Below are positions 28,621-39,245 of a stretch of DNA of 64,000 bases, piece after piece. Origin of the DNA: Smithellaceae bacterium (GTDB lineage: Bacteria > Desulfobacterota > Syntrophia > Syntrophales > Smithellaceae); the NCBI GenBank assembly GCA_963682015.1, contig OY820932.1, positions 354,804-418,803 of the forward strand, given 5' to 3'. Position 1 is the first letter of the stretch, and each line of letters begins with the position of its first letter. The notes under the pieces were generated by a model. That model was not told the origin of the DNA. It saw only the letters and a program-made list of their open reading frames with translations, and searched no databases. A program made the translations under genes and the position numbers.

Positions 28621-31041
28621 TTAGTTACGCAGCGGTTTGCCGTTGCTCAGCATGTACATAATGCGTTCCTGAGTCTTCTTCTCGCCGCACAGGCTGACAA
28701 ACGCTTCTTTTTCCAGTTCCAGAATTTCCTGTTCCGAGACAAACGTTCCTTCAGCACAATCGCCACCGGAAAGGATATAGGCCACTTTCTTCGATACAAA
28801 TACATCGTAATCGGATACGAAATTACCGTATCTCATGTTCTGGATAATGGCATTAACCATACCGCGGAAATTCTCTCCCATGACGGGAATCAAAGCCGGT
28901 TTCGGCGGTTTGTAATCGGCCGATACCAGAGACAACACCAACCGTTTCGCTTCAAATATCTGCTGATCACGGCTCATATTGATGGTTTCCGACTTGCGGA
29001 CATAGCCCAGTTCCATAGCTTCCGCCGCACTGGTGGAGACTTTGGCCATGGCGATGTTTTCGAAAGCTTTGCCCATGTGATACTGCAGATTGAATCCCTG
29101 TTCGATCAGGCCGCTGGGAATGCCTTCGGTCAAGCGAACCAGCAGTTCCTTGCAGCCGCCGCCGGCCGGAATCACGCCAACACCAACTTCGACAAGCCCC
29201 ATATAGCTTTCGCCGTTGGGCAGACAACGGGCGCCATGCATCGCAATTTCACAGCCGCCGCCCAGAGCCATGCCGGCCGGAGCCGTTACAACAGGCTTGG
29301 AAAGATATTTCATCTTCATATTGGCTCCCTGCAGAGCTTCAACGCCTTTTTCAATCAGATCCCACTGCCCCATCTGAGCAGCCGCGAGAACCTGGAAGAC
29401 GTTGGCGCCGGCCGAGAAGGCACGCGGATCATGATTGGCAACCACCATACCCACGAAATCCTTTTCGACGATATCGCAGGCTTCCTGCTGCATTGCGGTC
29501 AAACCTTCATCGATCGAGTTCATTTTGGTATGGAATTCCAGACAAACCACGCCGTCACCGATATCAATCAGGCTGGCGCTGGCGTTTTCTTTAATGATCT
29601 TATTTTTGCTTTTGAGATCGGGCAGAATGATGATGCGGGGATTCTCCTCGATCTTTGCATACGCTTTTTTCTCAAAGTCATAGTAATATTTGCCGTCGGC
29701 TTTGGTCGTATAGAAGGATTCACAGCCTTTCTTCAGCATTTCTTCGATCTTCTTGGGAACCTTCAGTTTCAGTTTCTTCATGACTTCGATGGATTCCTTG
29801 ACGCCCACGGCATCCCAGGACTCAAACGGACCCAACTGATGATTGTAGCCCCACTTCATGGCGTTGTCGATCGCCATGATGTCATCACAGATTTCACCGA
29901 TACGATTGGCTGAATAAATGAAGTTTTTGCAGAGATATTCACGAACAAACTCTCCGGCCCGGTCGTCGGCATAGAAAACCATCTTCATGGATTCAGCAAC
30001 GTTTTCTTTCTTTTTTGCCGCTGAGACAGAGTCAAACTTCGGCTTGCCGGACGGAACGTATTCCATCGTCTCGATGTCCAGCATCAACTTCACGGACTTG
30101 CCCTTGGCATCTTTGGTTTTCTTGTAGAAACCCTGCTTGGTTTTGTTGCCAAGCCATTTGTTGGCGATCATCTTCTCGGCGAAAGGCAGAGGTACGTACA
30201 TATCGCGCATTTCGTCATTGGGAACGGCATCATACAGATTCTTGGATACATGCATGCCGATATCCAGACCCACCAGATCCAGGGTTCCAAAAAGAGCGGT
30301 GCCGGGACGGCCGATGGCTTTGCTGACAATTGCATCTGTTTCATCGATCTTATATTTTCTTTCGTACATGATGCGCTGCGCATTCGACAAATCGAATGAT
30401 CCGATGCGGTTGCCGACGAAATTGGGAACATCCTTGGCGATGACGACGCCTTTCCCCAGGGTCTGTTCGCTGAATTTGATCATGAAATCGAGAATCTCTT
30501 TATCCGTTTCCACGCCCGGAATGATCTCCATCAGTTTCATGTAACGGGGAGGATTGAAGAAATGGGTTCCGAGGAAACGCTTCTTTAAACCAGCGCTGAA
30601 TTTCGCGCTGATATCTTTAATGGGAATACCGGACGTGTTCGTCGAAACGATACAGGTCGGTTTGACAATCTGTTCAACCTTGGCAAAGAGTTCCTGTTTG
30701 ATTTTGAGATTTTCCACAACAACTTCACAAACCCAGTCAACATCGGCCAACATTTTTAAATTGTCTTCAAAGTTGCCGATTTTGATCATGGATGCGTTCT
30801 TCTTGGTAAAGAAACTGGCTGGTTTCGATTTCGTAACGCCGGCCAGACCGTTTGCCGCGAAGCGATTACGCCAGGCGGGGCTTTTCTCCGTCAAGCCTTG
30901 CTTCTTGTCAGCATCCGTCAGTTCGAATGGGATGATATCGAGCAAATAACACTCGATACCGGCATTGGTCAGATGAGCCGCGATGGTAGCCCCCATGACT
31001 CCCGCACCTAAAACAGCCGCTTTTTTGATCTGTAATGACAT
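28621..31041 (-). CDS. fadN: 3-hydroxyacyl-CoA dehydrogenase/enoyl-CoA hydratase fusion (FadN-type)
   Basis: GAGVMG Rossmann motif, STNTSG, HFFNP, and a C-terminal crotonase domain (FSAGAN, LGGGCE, GLVE). Confidence 0.9.
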   Translation of the reverse strand: MSLQIKKAAVLGAGVMGATIAAHLTNAGIECYLLDIIPFELTDADKKQGLTEKSPAWRNRFAANGLAGVTKSKPASFFTKKNASMIKIGNFEDNLKMLADVDWVCEVVVENLKIKQELFAKVEQIVKPTCIVSTNTSGIPIKDISAKFSAGLKKRFLGTHFFNPPRYMKLMEIIPGVETDKEILDFMIKFSEQTLGKGVVIAKDVPNFVGNRIGSFDLSNAQRIMYERKYKIDETDAIVSKAIGRPGTALFGTLDLVGLDIGMHVSKNLYDAVPNDEMRDMYVPLPFAEKMIANKWLGNKTKQGFYKKTKDAKGKSVKLMLDIETMEYVPSGKPKFDSVSAAKKKENVAESMKMVFYADDRAGEFVREYLCKNFIYSANRIGEICDDIMAIDNAMKWGYNHQLGPFESWDAVGVKESIEVMKKLKLKVPKKIEEMLKKGCESFYTTKADGKYYYDFEKKAYAKIEENPRIIILPDLKSKNKIIKENASASLIDIGDGVVCLEFHTKMNSIDEGLTAMQQEACDIVEKDFVGMVVANHDPRAFSAGANVFQVLAAAQMGQWDLIEKGVEALQGANMKMKYLSKPVVTAPAGMALGGGCEIAMHGARCLPNGESYMGLVEVGVGVIPAGGGCKELLVRLTEGIPSGLIEQGFNLQYHMGKAFENIAMAKVSTSAAEAMELGYVRKSETINMSRDQQIFEAKRLVLSLVSADYKPPKPALIPVMGENFRGMVNAIIQNMRYGNFVSDYDVFVSKKVAYILSGGDCAEGTFVSEQEILELEKEAFVSLCGEKKTQERIMYMLSNGKPLRN

Positions 31042-31194
31042 TATTCTCCTCCTTCTTTTTCTTATGAACCGTCTTTGTATTTTTTACGGCCCATAAATTG
31101 TTTGAGGCCGAACTGCGCCTCCATTAAACTTCATGCTTCTTTCAATATTTCATGAACCGCATCACATGCGACTCATTATCTTTACAAATTATGA

Positions 31195-31210
31195 TGTTAA
31201 ATTGATCACA
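31195..31210. promoter_or_regulatory. CRP/FNR-family-like palindrome upstream of fadN
   Basis: TGTTA-N6-TCACA, one mismatch to TGTGA-N6-TCACA. Confidence 0.4.
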
Positions 31211-31635
31211 TCCTTTCTTCACCGTTATTTCCGGTTACAAAAAACTTCACCAAGGAAAATTCGGTGAGGCTTTTATTATGATCATGTTCTTGCCTGCGGC
31301 AGGGTTGAAAGTGGAAACTATGTAAAGTGATCAGAAGATGAAAGATGACTGCTGAAAATCTTGATTCCGGTACTTCTTTTGGTTCATAAAGACGTGTTTG
31401 GAAATACATTGTATTACAGACTTCAGGCATTCCGTGGCTCCCTTTCCACTTTGAAGAGAAGTCAAAATAATTGAAATTGATTTTGCCCTGCTGTTACATC
31501 CGGGTATCAATTCCAGATCCTCAGGAAAGAAACAACAGTTGCTGAAACTATCCCTGCTTATACGGAAATTCGAAAAACCTGTTTTTTCACGAAAACAACG
31601 ACTCACATAATGATAATCAGCGTCTGTTTTCGGTT

Positions 31636-31695
31636 CAAATTCTTCGCCCTCTCCGTGCTCCCTGAGGGATTACTTTTAGCTGTACCTTGGGTTTG
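31636..31695 (-). ncRNA. Candidate structured RNA (possibly atoC-like motif)
   Basis: Minus strand CAAACCCAAGGTACAGCTAAAAGTAATCCCTCAGGGAGCACGGAGAGGGCGAAGAATTTG can form nested pairing. The resemblance to the deltaproteobacterial atoC motif is from recollection and is unverified. Confidence 0.3.
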
Positions 31696-31868
31696 AGTCA
31701 ATTACTGACTAAAAGTCAATTTGGTTATTAAACCAAACAAACACCAAAGTCAAGGCAAATAAAAAAATGGAAAATGATTTGATCGAAACCATAAAACTCG
31801 CTGACTGCATCAGGCAAATCATGAGAAAAAGATAGACAGATCAAATAGATTTAATATATTAGAAATGC

Positions 31869-33461
31869 ATGTTTGCTTTAAAAAAATATACCCCTTATCT
31901 TATAATTTCGATACTGGTTATGGTGATTTACTGGCCATCGCTGTCGGGTGATTTTATCTTCGATGACAATATGCTCATCAAAAACAATCCCTACATCAAA
32001 AGTTTGCACAATGTATCTTCCTACCTCACCCAGGAAGACGGTATTGTTGATGAAACAGATAAAGTCACTTTACATACCGGTTACTACAGACCTCTGCTCA
32101 ACTTTACATATTACATCGACTATCGAATTTGGGGTATGGACGCGTTCGGCTTTCGTTTAACCAATATTCTTTTGCATTTAATCTGTTGTCTGTTAATCTT
32201 TCAATTGCTTCTTCGTTTGAAAATTGATCAGATAGCGGCACTGCTCGGCACCACCTTCTTTGCGGTTAACCCGATTAATTCTGAGACCATATCCATGATC
32301 GTATGCAGAAATAATCTTCTTGCAACCATATTTTCCGTCCTGTCTCTCATTTCCTATATTGAAAGCCGCCGTGGCTGGCAGTTCAACATATTCTTCTCCA
32401 TGCTTTTCTTCCTGTTGGCCCTTTTATCTAAAGAAGTCGCCCTCATGATACTACCTGTTTTTTTCCTGTACAACAGATTGGTGGATGCGCAGGACAGAAA
32501 CATCTCAAGAGAATTATTGAGTTATTTACCTTTCTTACTGATTGTGATTATTTACCTGATGATTCGATCGCAGGTGATCGGAGGATTCATTTCACCATTT
32601 GGTACGAGCAATACCCTCACCAGGTTATTTTTTATTCCGTATCTCATCATCTATAATCTTTTCTTAATTTTCGTTCCTTACGGGCTTCACAGTTTCTATG
32701 TAAAATACCCGGCTTCTTACCTTGGTTATGAAGCAATCCTCTCCGATGCATTCCTTTTATTACTGATTGTGGCATTGTGGATGCTCCGTAAATATAAATT
32801 ATTAATCTTTTCGATATCCGCCTTTGTCATATCCATGTTTCCGGTTATGCATATTATACCTTTCGCATCGCCTTCACTTATTACCATGAGATGGATATAT
32901 TTCCCGTTAGCATTTTTATCTATTGCGGTAGCTTATGGATTCAAGTCGGCAACAGCCTTCAAGAAGAACGGGATTTTTGTCTGCATCCCATTGATATTTT
33001 TTATGTACCTGGGAACCTACACTTTCGTGCTGAATGATACACTATGGAAAAATAATCGCTCTTTTTTGAACATTGAGGTTTTGCAATTTAATAATATCCT
33101 GTTTGCCCATGATCTGGCTAAAGAAATGCAATCAGAGGGAAAATACCAGGAAGCGGAACGTCTCTATTTGGTTGCTCTACAAGCCTTTCCAAACAAAGCG
33201 CAAACATATATTGATTATGCTGCACTGCTCATTAATACGGGACGTTTTCAAAACGCCAAAGAATATTTAGACAAATCTCATGCGTTGGTCATGATGAGAG
33301 ATGATCGCTGTCTCTGGTACACTAACATGAGTGTAGCATTTCTTAATCTACATAACATACCCGGTGCACGCACAAATTTGGAAAAGGCGATTCAACTCTG
33401 CCCCGAAAATCCGAATTTCAGAAGGAGACTACAATACATCGATAAACTGGAATCTCCCTGA
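31869..33461 (+). CDS. TMTC-like GT-C glycosyltransferase with C-terminal TPRs (copy D)
   Basis: GDFIFDD..I..N, YYRPL, NILLH, P..SE....R, SKE, R.IY.P; about 11 TMs; TPR tail. Confidence 0.75.
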   Translation: MFALKKYTPYLIISILVMVIYWPSLSGDFIFDDNMLIKNNPYIKSLHNVSSYLTQEDGIVDETDKVTLHTGYYRPLLNFTYYIDYRIWGMDAFGFRLTNILLHLICCLLIFQLLLRLKIDQIAALLGTTFFAVNPINSETISMIVCRNNLLATIFSVLSLISYIESRRGWQFNIFFSMLFFLLALLSKEVALMILPVFFLYNRLVDAQDRNISRELLSYLPFLLIVIIYLMIRSQVIGGFISPFGTSNTLTRLFFIPYLIIYNLFLIFVPYGLHSFYVKYPASYLGYEAILSDAFLLLLIVALWMLRKYKLLIFSISAFVISMFPVMHIIPFASPSLITMRWIYFPLAFLSIAVAYGFKSATAFKKNGIFVCIPLIFFMYLGTYTFVLNDTLWKNNRSFLNIEVLQFNNILFAHDLAKEMQSEGKYQEAERLYLVALQAFPNKAQTYIDYAALLINTGRFQNAKEYLDKSHALVMMRDDRCLWYTNMSVAFLNLHNIPGARTNLEKAIQLCPENPNFRRRLQYIDKLESP

Positions 33462-33550
33462 AAATTATTCTCTTGTCCACTCGGGAAGATAATCCCATCT
33501 CACACCGGTATTATCATCGAACAACAAAAGGCGCTGGCGTTTCGCACCGG

Positions 33551-35200
33551 CTATTGGTTCATTATACTGAATACGACATAATTGCGATCTTCGAAAACCT
33601 TTTTTAAAGTACGGTTCATTTGCCTCGTTAACTGTTCCACTTTTGTTGAATCATAATTGTCCAATAAATATTGCCGAAACAAATCATAACGCACAAATAG
33701 ATGGGTGCAATCCAACGATTTTAAATATTTATAGAATGAATAAGAATCGGCAGCGTGATTGACCATGCCCTGGATCACCGCTATTCCCCGTGAAGGGTCG
33801 TCCCGGAAAATTCTATCGAGATAGTATCCTCGTCCTGACAACAAAACCAGCCTGATCCTGGAAGTTTCATCCGTATTTTTATTAATATACATGATTGCAG
33901 GGTAACTGGCGTCATGGCGCGAGATAAAGTCGTTTCGTGATTCTTTTTTGACAATGTATTCTACGGGAGCAATTTTGCGAAAATATTTCTGAAAATATAT
34001 AATGTTGAGAAAGATCAACCCTGCAAAAACGGCCGCTAATGCGACTGCACATATCTTCCGCCATAGATTTTTTCCAGCCGTGATCCATTCCAGCAGGTTG
34101 ATCAAGCCTGTTACCGACAGAATGACGAAAAAAGGAATTGCCGGCAGTATATATCGAATTCTGATCTGGTCCAGAAATAAGGTAAGCAGAATAAAAAACA
34201 CGGAGAAAAGCAGGAAAAGCATGTTCTCCCCTTTTTTTTCTCTCTTCAAGAAAGCAAAAGGAATAAACAGGATCAGCAGTGGATTCAAAACACCATCAAA
34301 ATAACGAGGAGAATCATCCTGGCCCTGAAAAAACATCCGGAAAGGGATTAACAGGACATCCCATAAATTTTCCCCATATAGAAGCTCCCGCATTTTAAAA
34401 ATACCAATATGCGTGTATCCGAATGCCACTGTATTCGTTCCGCCGCCCCCTTCGGTGCTTTTAAATATACCGGGAAACAGGGGATATAAGGGATTACCGG
34501 TCAGAAGCGTGTTTTTGATCATCCAGGGGGAAAATACAGCCAGCGAAATGACAAAAAAAATAAAACCATATTTTAGAGACTTTCCCGAATTCCCGGTGTC
34601 TCTGGAATAGATAAATACGGTGGCCATTGTCAGGAAAAACCAGGCAATCAGGGCATTATATTTTGTTCCTAAAGCCAACCCCATTGCTACGGAAGCAAGC
34701 ATCAGCCATGGAAAAGACTTATAATCCGATGCACGCCAATGCATCAGCGAGAGCATACAAGCCGTAATAAAGAATACAAGGCCGAGATCTACATACGCCA
34801 TCGTTGATAGTTTACTGACAATCGGGGTGCTGAAAAACATTAAGAAACCAAGCAAACCGGCAATATGATTCAAGCGACTTCTAAGATAAAGATAAATCAT
34901 TGCAGCAGTGCCCAAAGCAAAACACAGATGAATGAATGCAGGAATGATATCATTTCCGAAGTACAGTGATAGCCCGTAAAGCAAATCGACATTCATGGGA
35001 AAATATGAATGGGGGGCCCAGGGCATTTCATAAAAACCACCGTGATGAATCCAGAGTTTGGGAATCGCCAGATGATGGATCAGGGCATCACGAGCGACAG
35101 GTGGCGTCAGGCATAATAGAGCCGCCATTACTATAAAATAAATAATGGTCAGAATGACCAGAATGGATAAAAGATATTTATATTTGCCAGTCTTCATCAT
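33551..35200 (-). CDS. GT-C (ArnT/PMT-like) membrane glycosyltransferase
   Basis: DALIHHLAIP after TM1, YFP, YVDL, TKY, GNPLYP, RY; polytopic with a C-terminal periplasmic domain. Confidence 0.65.
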   Translation of the reverse strand: MMKTGKYKYLLSILVILTIIYFIVMAALLCLTPPVARDALIHHLAIPKLWIHHGGFYEMPWAPHSYFPMNVDLLYGLSLYFGNDIIPAFIHLCFALGTAAMIYLYLRSRLNHIAGLLGFLMFFSTPIVSKLSTMAYVDLGLVFFITACMLSLMHWRASDYKSFPWLMLASVAMGLALGTKYNALIAWFFLTMATVFIYSRDTGNSGKSLKYGFIFFVISLAVFSPWMIKNTLLTGNPLYPLFPGIFKSTEGGGGTNTVAFGYTHIGIFKMRELLYGENLWDVLLIPFRMFFQGQDDSPRYFDGVLNPLLILFIPFAFLKREKKGENMLFLLFSVFFILLTLFLDQIRIRYILPAIPFFVILSVTGLINLLEWITAGKNLWRKICAVALAAVFAGLIFLNIIYFQKYFRKIAPVEYIVKKESRNDFISRHDASYPAIMYINKNTDETSRIRLVLLSGRGYYLDRIFRDDPSRGIAVIQGMVNHAADSYSFYKYLKSLDCTHLFVRYDLFRQYLLDNYDSTKVEQLTRQMNRTLKKVFEDRNYVVFSIMNQ

Positions 35201-35209
35201 TAATCTTCA

Positions 35210-37138
35210 TCATCTCTTTGTTAGTTTTTCTAAGACTTTATATCGTGGATCAAGATCAACAGCTTTCTTAAAATGCTCCTGCGCTTCTTTGTCGCACCCC
35301 TTCACCGTCAAAATTTTATATAGATAATAATGAATATTTGCCTGTTGCGGATTTAAACGAACCGATCTCTGGAAATACTGAAGCGCCTGATCCATCTTTT
35401 CCTGCTGCGTTAAGACAATCCCCAGATTATTGTTTGCCTCAATATTGCCGGGCTGAATACGCAAAACTTCTCGATATTCTCTGATCGCTTCAGTCGTTTT
35501 TCCTTTCATGAGATAAGCATTACCCAGACTGCCATGATACCGGGGATCATCATTCTCCAGGGCAACCGCTTTTTGGTATACGATGATCGCTTCGTCCATA
35601 CGATTATTCTGATAATAGACGGCCCCGAGACGGTAATAGGCTTCGTGACCTTTCGGATTGATATTTATCGCCTTTTTGAAAACGGTAATGGCTTCATTCG
35701 TTTTACCCTGCAAACTCAACGCATTCGCCAGGCTGACCAGTGGCGTATAATCAGCCAGATTGTATGGATTTCCACTGATAGCTTCCCTGAAATGGCTGAC
35801 GGCTTCATCCATTCTCTTTTGTTTAACAAGTTCATTTCCTAAAGCGGTATGGGCAACAAAATTTCCTTTTGTCACCTGAAGGGCTCGTTCGAAGAGCACG
35901 TAAGAATTTTGCCAGCAGGAAGCCTGCCTGTGGGCAACGGCAGTTAATCCCGCAAGCAGCAGAATTAAAAAAACTGCAGCAACTCTTTTAAAATTACGAT
36001 TCCGAATCATATCCGCTGCCATCCAGATCAGGGCAATGAATAGTCCGATGAAAGGAACGTACGCATATCGGTCGGCCATGGACTGCGAACCTACCTGAAC
36101 AATGCCAATCACCGGAACCAGAGTACCCAGATACCAGAACCAGCCAATAGAAAGATAGGGATACTTTTTATAATATTTCCAGCAAATTGAAGTAATGACG
36201 ATAATCAATAAAGCAGCCGGCAATACCTGCACGATCGAAAGCTCCACCTGGGGATAAAAGACGGCGAGATCAACCGGCCAGAACATCTTTTTCAAATACA
36301 GCGCATACGACACAATCGCATTATTCATGCGATGCGTGAATAAAACGAACGCAAACCGCGCTATGGTATCTGCGTTTCTTGCGGCGTAAACCGTGAGCAA
36401 TATGGAGATTCCCGTAAGAATAAAGAGGGGAATCTTTTCCACGATCAGGAATTTCAGGCCTACCTTCTCTGCGTGAACAGACAGTGAAACCTCCTGCGGA
36501 ACCGTATCGATCAGCGTGCGGTTCAACGGCCAGTAATCCATCAGCAGCAACACAAACGGCAACGTCACCAGCATCGGCTTGGACATCAGCCCCAGTGCAA
36601 AACAGACTATCACCGGCAGGTACCGTTTCCATCCCGGCTTCTCTGCATACCAGACATAAAACAGCATGGTCAAAAACCAGAAAAAGGTGCTCAACACATT
36701 CTTCCGCTCCGCCACCCACGCTACCGATTCCACATTAATCGGATGGATCGCAAACAAGGACGCAACAATCGCGCTTCGCCATATCGCTCCTGTCATCCGG
36801 CTCAAGAGCAAAAAGAGTAACACCGTGTTGATAATATGAAGAATTAAACTGGTCCAGTGATGCCCCCCGGCCTTGTCTCCAAACATCTGCCAGTCCAGCA
36901 TGTGCGACAGCATGGTCAATGGATGCCAATGACCGGTATGAGTATCCGTAAATGCCGCTGAAATACTTCCCGGTGTTATTTCGTCCTGTATCCTGAAATT
37001 ATGTGTAACGTAAAGCTGATCATCATAATTGATAAAATCAAAACCCTGAACCTGCCAGTAAACGGCAAGAATGAATACCAGCAAAGCCAGAATTATGATT
37101 ATTTTCTGATGACGATCCGTAATGGAACCGATCAACAT
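35210..37138 (-). CDS. TMTC-like GT-C glycosyltransferase with TPRs (copy C)
   Basis: FINYDD, WHPL, HPINVESVAWVAERK, SKP, ADRYAY; several TPRs. Confidence 0.8.
   Translation of the reverse strand: MLIGSITDRHQKIIIILALLVFILAVYWQVQGFDFINYDDQLYVTHNFRIQDEITPGSISAAFTDTHTGHWHPLTMLSHMLDWQMFGDKAGGHHWTSLILHIINTVLLFLLLSRMTGAIWRSAIVASLFAIHPINVESVAWVAERKNVLSTFFWFLTMLFYVWYAEKPGWKRYLPVIVCFALGLMSKPMLVTLPFVLLLMDYWPLNRTLIDTVPQEVSLSVHAEKVGLKFLIVEKIPLFILTGISILLTVYAARNADTIARFAFVLFTHRMNNAIVSYALYLKKMFWPVDLAVFYPQVELSIVQVLPAALLIIVITSICWKYYKKYPYLSIGWFWYLGTLVPVIGIVQVGSQSMADRYAYVPFIGLFIALIWMAADMIRNRNFKRVAAVFLILLLAGLTAVAHRQASCWQNSYVLFERALQVTKGNFVAHTALGNELVKQKRMDEAVSHFREAISGNPYNLADYTPLVSLANALSLQGKTNEAITVFKKAININPKGHEAYYRLGAVYYQNNRMDEAIIVYQKAVALENDDPRYHGSLGNAYLMKGKTTEAIREYREVLRIQPGNIEANNNLGIVLTQQEKMDQALQYFQRSVRLNPQQANIHYYLYKILTVKGCDKEAQEHFKKAVDLDPRYKVLEKLTKR
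35849..36150. repeat. Near-identical block of about 300 bp shared with 37793..38094
   Basis: Direct comparison shows only a handful of substitutions; offset 1944 bp. Confidence 0.9.
36484..36928. repeat. 445-bp exact direct repeat, copy 1
   Basis: Identical by eye to 38428..38872; the identical 84-aa shadow ORFs in the ORF track confirm part of it. Confidence 0.92.
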
Positions 37139-37165
37139 TCTATAAACCTCTTACGTCGGTATATT

Positions 37166-39082
37166 TTAATTTTCTATTTTTCCATACCCGGGATTAATTC
37201 GGACCGCTTCATTATAGTGGTAATCAGCTTTTTCGTTCATACCCTTTTGTCTCAAAATAATCGACAATCGATAATGAGCATTCGCAAACAGTGGTTGCAG
37301 TCTTACTGCCTGCTGAAAATGCATTAAAGCTTTATCCGGTTGCCCCTGATTCATCAAGAGCATGCCCAAATTGTTGTGCGCGCCGGCATTCCCCGGCTGG
37401 ATGCGCAATACTTCGTTGTATTCGTTGATTGCTTCTTTGGTCTTTCCCTGTTTGATATAGGCATTTCCAAGGCTGCCGTGATAAAGTGGATAGTCGTTAT
37501 TTACGGCAATGGCTTTCTGATATTGTTCAATTGCTTCATCCACGCGCCCGGCTTCAAAGTAAACAAACCCGAGTCGATAATAGGCTTCATCAAGCATTGG
37601 ATGAAGCCTTAAGGCACTTTTGAATGCATGAATGGCTTCTTCCTTCTTCTCCTGCAAGCTGAAGGCATGCCCTAAACCAACAAAAGCCATATAGTTTGCG
37701 GGATTTTTCGGATTTAATCTGATAGATTCCTGAAAATGAGAAATCGCTTCCTCTATTTTATTTTGCTTGATCAACTCATTTCCCAGAATAACATGGGCAA
37801 CAAAATTTCCTTTGGTCACCTGAAGGGCTCGTTCGAAGAGCACGTAAGAATTTTGCCAGCAGGAAGCCTGCTTGTGGGCAACGGCAGTTAATCCCGCAAG
37901 CAGCAGAATTAGAAAAACTACGGCAAGTCTTTTAAAATTACGATTCCGAATCATATCCGCTGCCATCCAGATCAGGGCAATGAATAGTCCGATGAAAGGA
38001 ACGTACGCATATCGGTCGGCCATGGACTGCGAACCTACCTGAACAATGCCAATCACCGGAATCAGAGTACCCAGATACCAGAACCAGCCAATAGCAAGGT
38101 AGGGATGCTTTTTATAATACACGAGACATACTGCAGTAATAACGACTAACAGGAAGACCGCCATTAATAACTGTTCCACCGGAATTTCCAGTAAAGGGTA
38201 GAATACAGCCAGATCCACGGGCCAGATGAGTTTCTTTAAGTAAAGAAAGTAAGACCATATTGAATTGTAAATGCGTTGCGATAACGGCACAAAACCAAAA
38301 TGTGCTATGATACCTCCGTTTCTTGCGGCGTAAACCGTGAGCAATATGGATATTCCCGTAAGAACAAAGAGGGGAATCTTTTCCACGATCAGGAATTTCA
38401 GGCCTACCTTCTCTGCGTGAACAGGCGGTGAAACCTCCTGCGGAACCGTATCGATCAGCGTGCGGTTCAACGGCCAGTAATCCATCAGCAGCAACACAAA
38501 CGGCAACGTCACCAGCATCGGCTTGGACATCAGCCCCAGTGCAAAACAGACTATCACCGGCAGGTACCGTTTCCATCCCGGCTTCTCTGCATACCAGACA
38601 TAAAACAGCATGGTCAAAAACCAGAAAAAGGTGCTCAACACATTCTTCCGCTCCGCCACCCACGCTACCGATTCCACATTAATCGGATGGATCGCAAACA
38701 AGGACGCAACAATCGCGCTTCGCCATATCGCTCCTGTCATCCGGCTCAAGAGCAAAAAGAGTAACACCGTGTTGATAATATGAAGAATTAAACTGGTCCA
38801 GTGATGCCCCCCGGCCTTGTCTCCAAACATCTGCCAGTCCAGCATGTGCGACAGCATGGTCAATGGATGCCAGTTGGTTGTATGGGTATCCGTAAATGCA
38901 AATGCAATATTTCCAGGTGTTATTCCGCCCTGTGTCCTGTAATTCTGCGTAACGTAAAGCTGATCATCATAATTGATAAAATCAAAACCCTGAACCTGCC
39001 AGTAAACGCATAGGATCAGGGCAATCAATGCCAAGATAGCAAGACTTTTACATTTCGCCACTGAATCGGGTAAAATTGACAT
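37166..39082 (-). CDS. TMTC-like GT-C glycosyltransferase with TPRs (copy B)
   Basis: Same motifs as copy C; the TPR region is divergent. Confidence 0.8.
   Translation of the reverse strand: MSILPDSVAKCKSLAILALIALILCVYWQVQGFDFINYDDQLYVTQNYRTQGGITPGNIAFAFTDTHTTNWHPLTMLSHMLDWQMFGDKAGGHHWTSLILHIINTVLLFLLLSRMTGAIWRSAIVASLFAIHPINVESVAWVAERKNVLSTFFWFLTMLFYVWYAEKPGWKRYLPVIVCFALGLMSKPMLVTLPFVLLLMDYWPLNRTLIDTVPQEVSPPVHAEKVGLKFLIVEKIPLFVLTGISILLTVYAARNGGIIAHFGFVPLSQRIYNSIWSYFLYLKKLIWPVDLAVFYPLLEIPVEQLLMAVFLLVVITAVCLVYYKKHPYLAIGWFWYLGTLIPVIGIVQVGSQSMADRYAYVPFIGLFIALIWMAADMIRNRNFKRLAVVFLILLLAGLTAVAHKQASCWQNSYVLFERALQVTKGNFVAHVILGNELIKQNKIEEAISHFQESIRLNPKNPANYMAFVGLGHAFSLQEKKEEAIHAFKSALRLHPMLDEAYYRLGFVYFEAGRVDEAIEQYQKAIAVNNDYPLYHGSLGNAYIKQGKTKEAINEYNEVLRIQPGNAGAHNNLGMLLMNQGQPDKALMHFQQAVRLQPLFANAHYRLSIILRQKGMNEKADYHYNEAVRINPGYGKIEN
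38428..38872. repeat. 445-bp exact direct repeat, copy 2
   Basis: Identical to 36484..36928. Confidence 0.92.
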
Positions 39083-39245
39083 TACTCCAACCTCTATGGA
39101 GTGAATAAAATTTCTGAAGTTGTTTTAACTGCTTTTTGCTCACTTTCATTGTATCAAAATAAGATGATTTTCCAACGCCACTCTTTATATGATCTTGAAT
39201 TTGGAAGTTTCTGTTCATTACGGCGATTCAGCATAACACTGATGG

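Noticed and set aside
29077-29913. Long antisense ORFs (e.g. 29077..29913, 12668..13474, 1033..1737, 59932..60570)
   Set aside because: They lie opposite well-supported genes and have no motifs; consistent with codon-bias shadows.
31206-31606. ORFs 31206..31430 and 31331..31606
   Set aside because: No RBS or recognisable motif, atypical composition, and they overlap each other.
36321-38682. Duplicated short ORFs (84 aa on +; 132/183 aa on -)
   Set aside because: These are shadow frames of the repeated coding blocks, not independent genes.
36484-38872. Diversity-generating retroelement TR/VR interpretation of the repeated blocks
   Set aside because: The blocks are identical or differ at mixed bases rather than adenine-specific positions, lie in the conserved core, and no reverse transcriptase is present.
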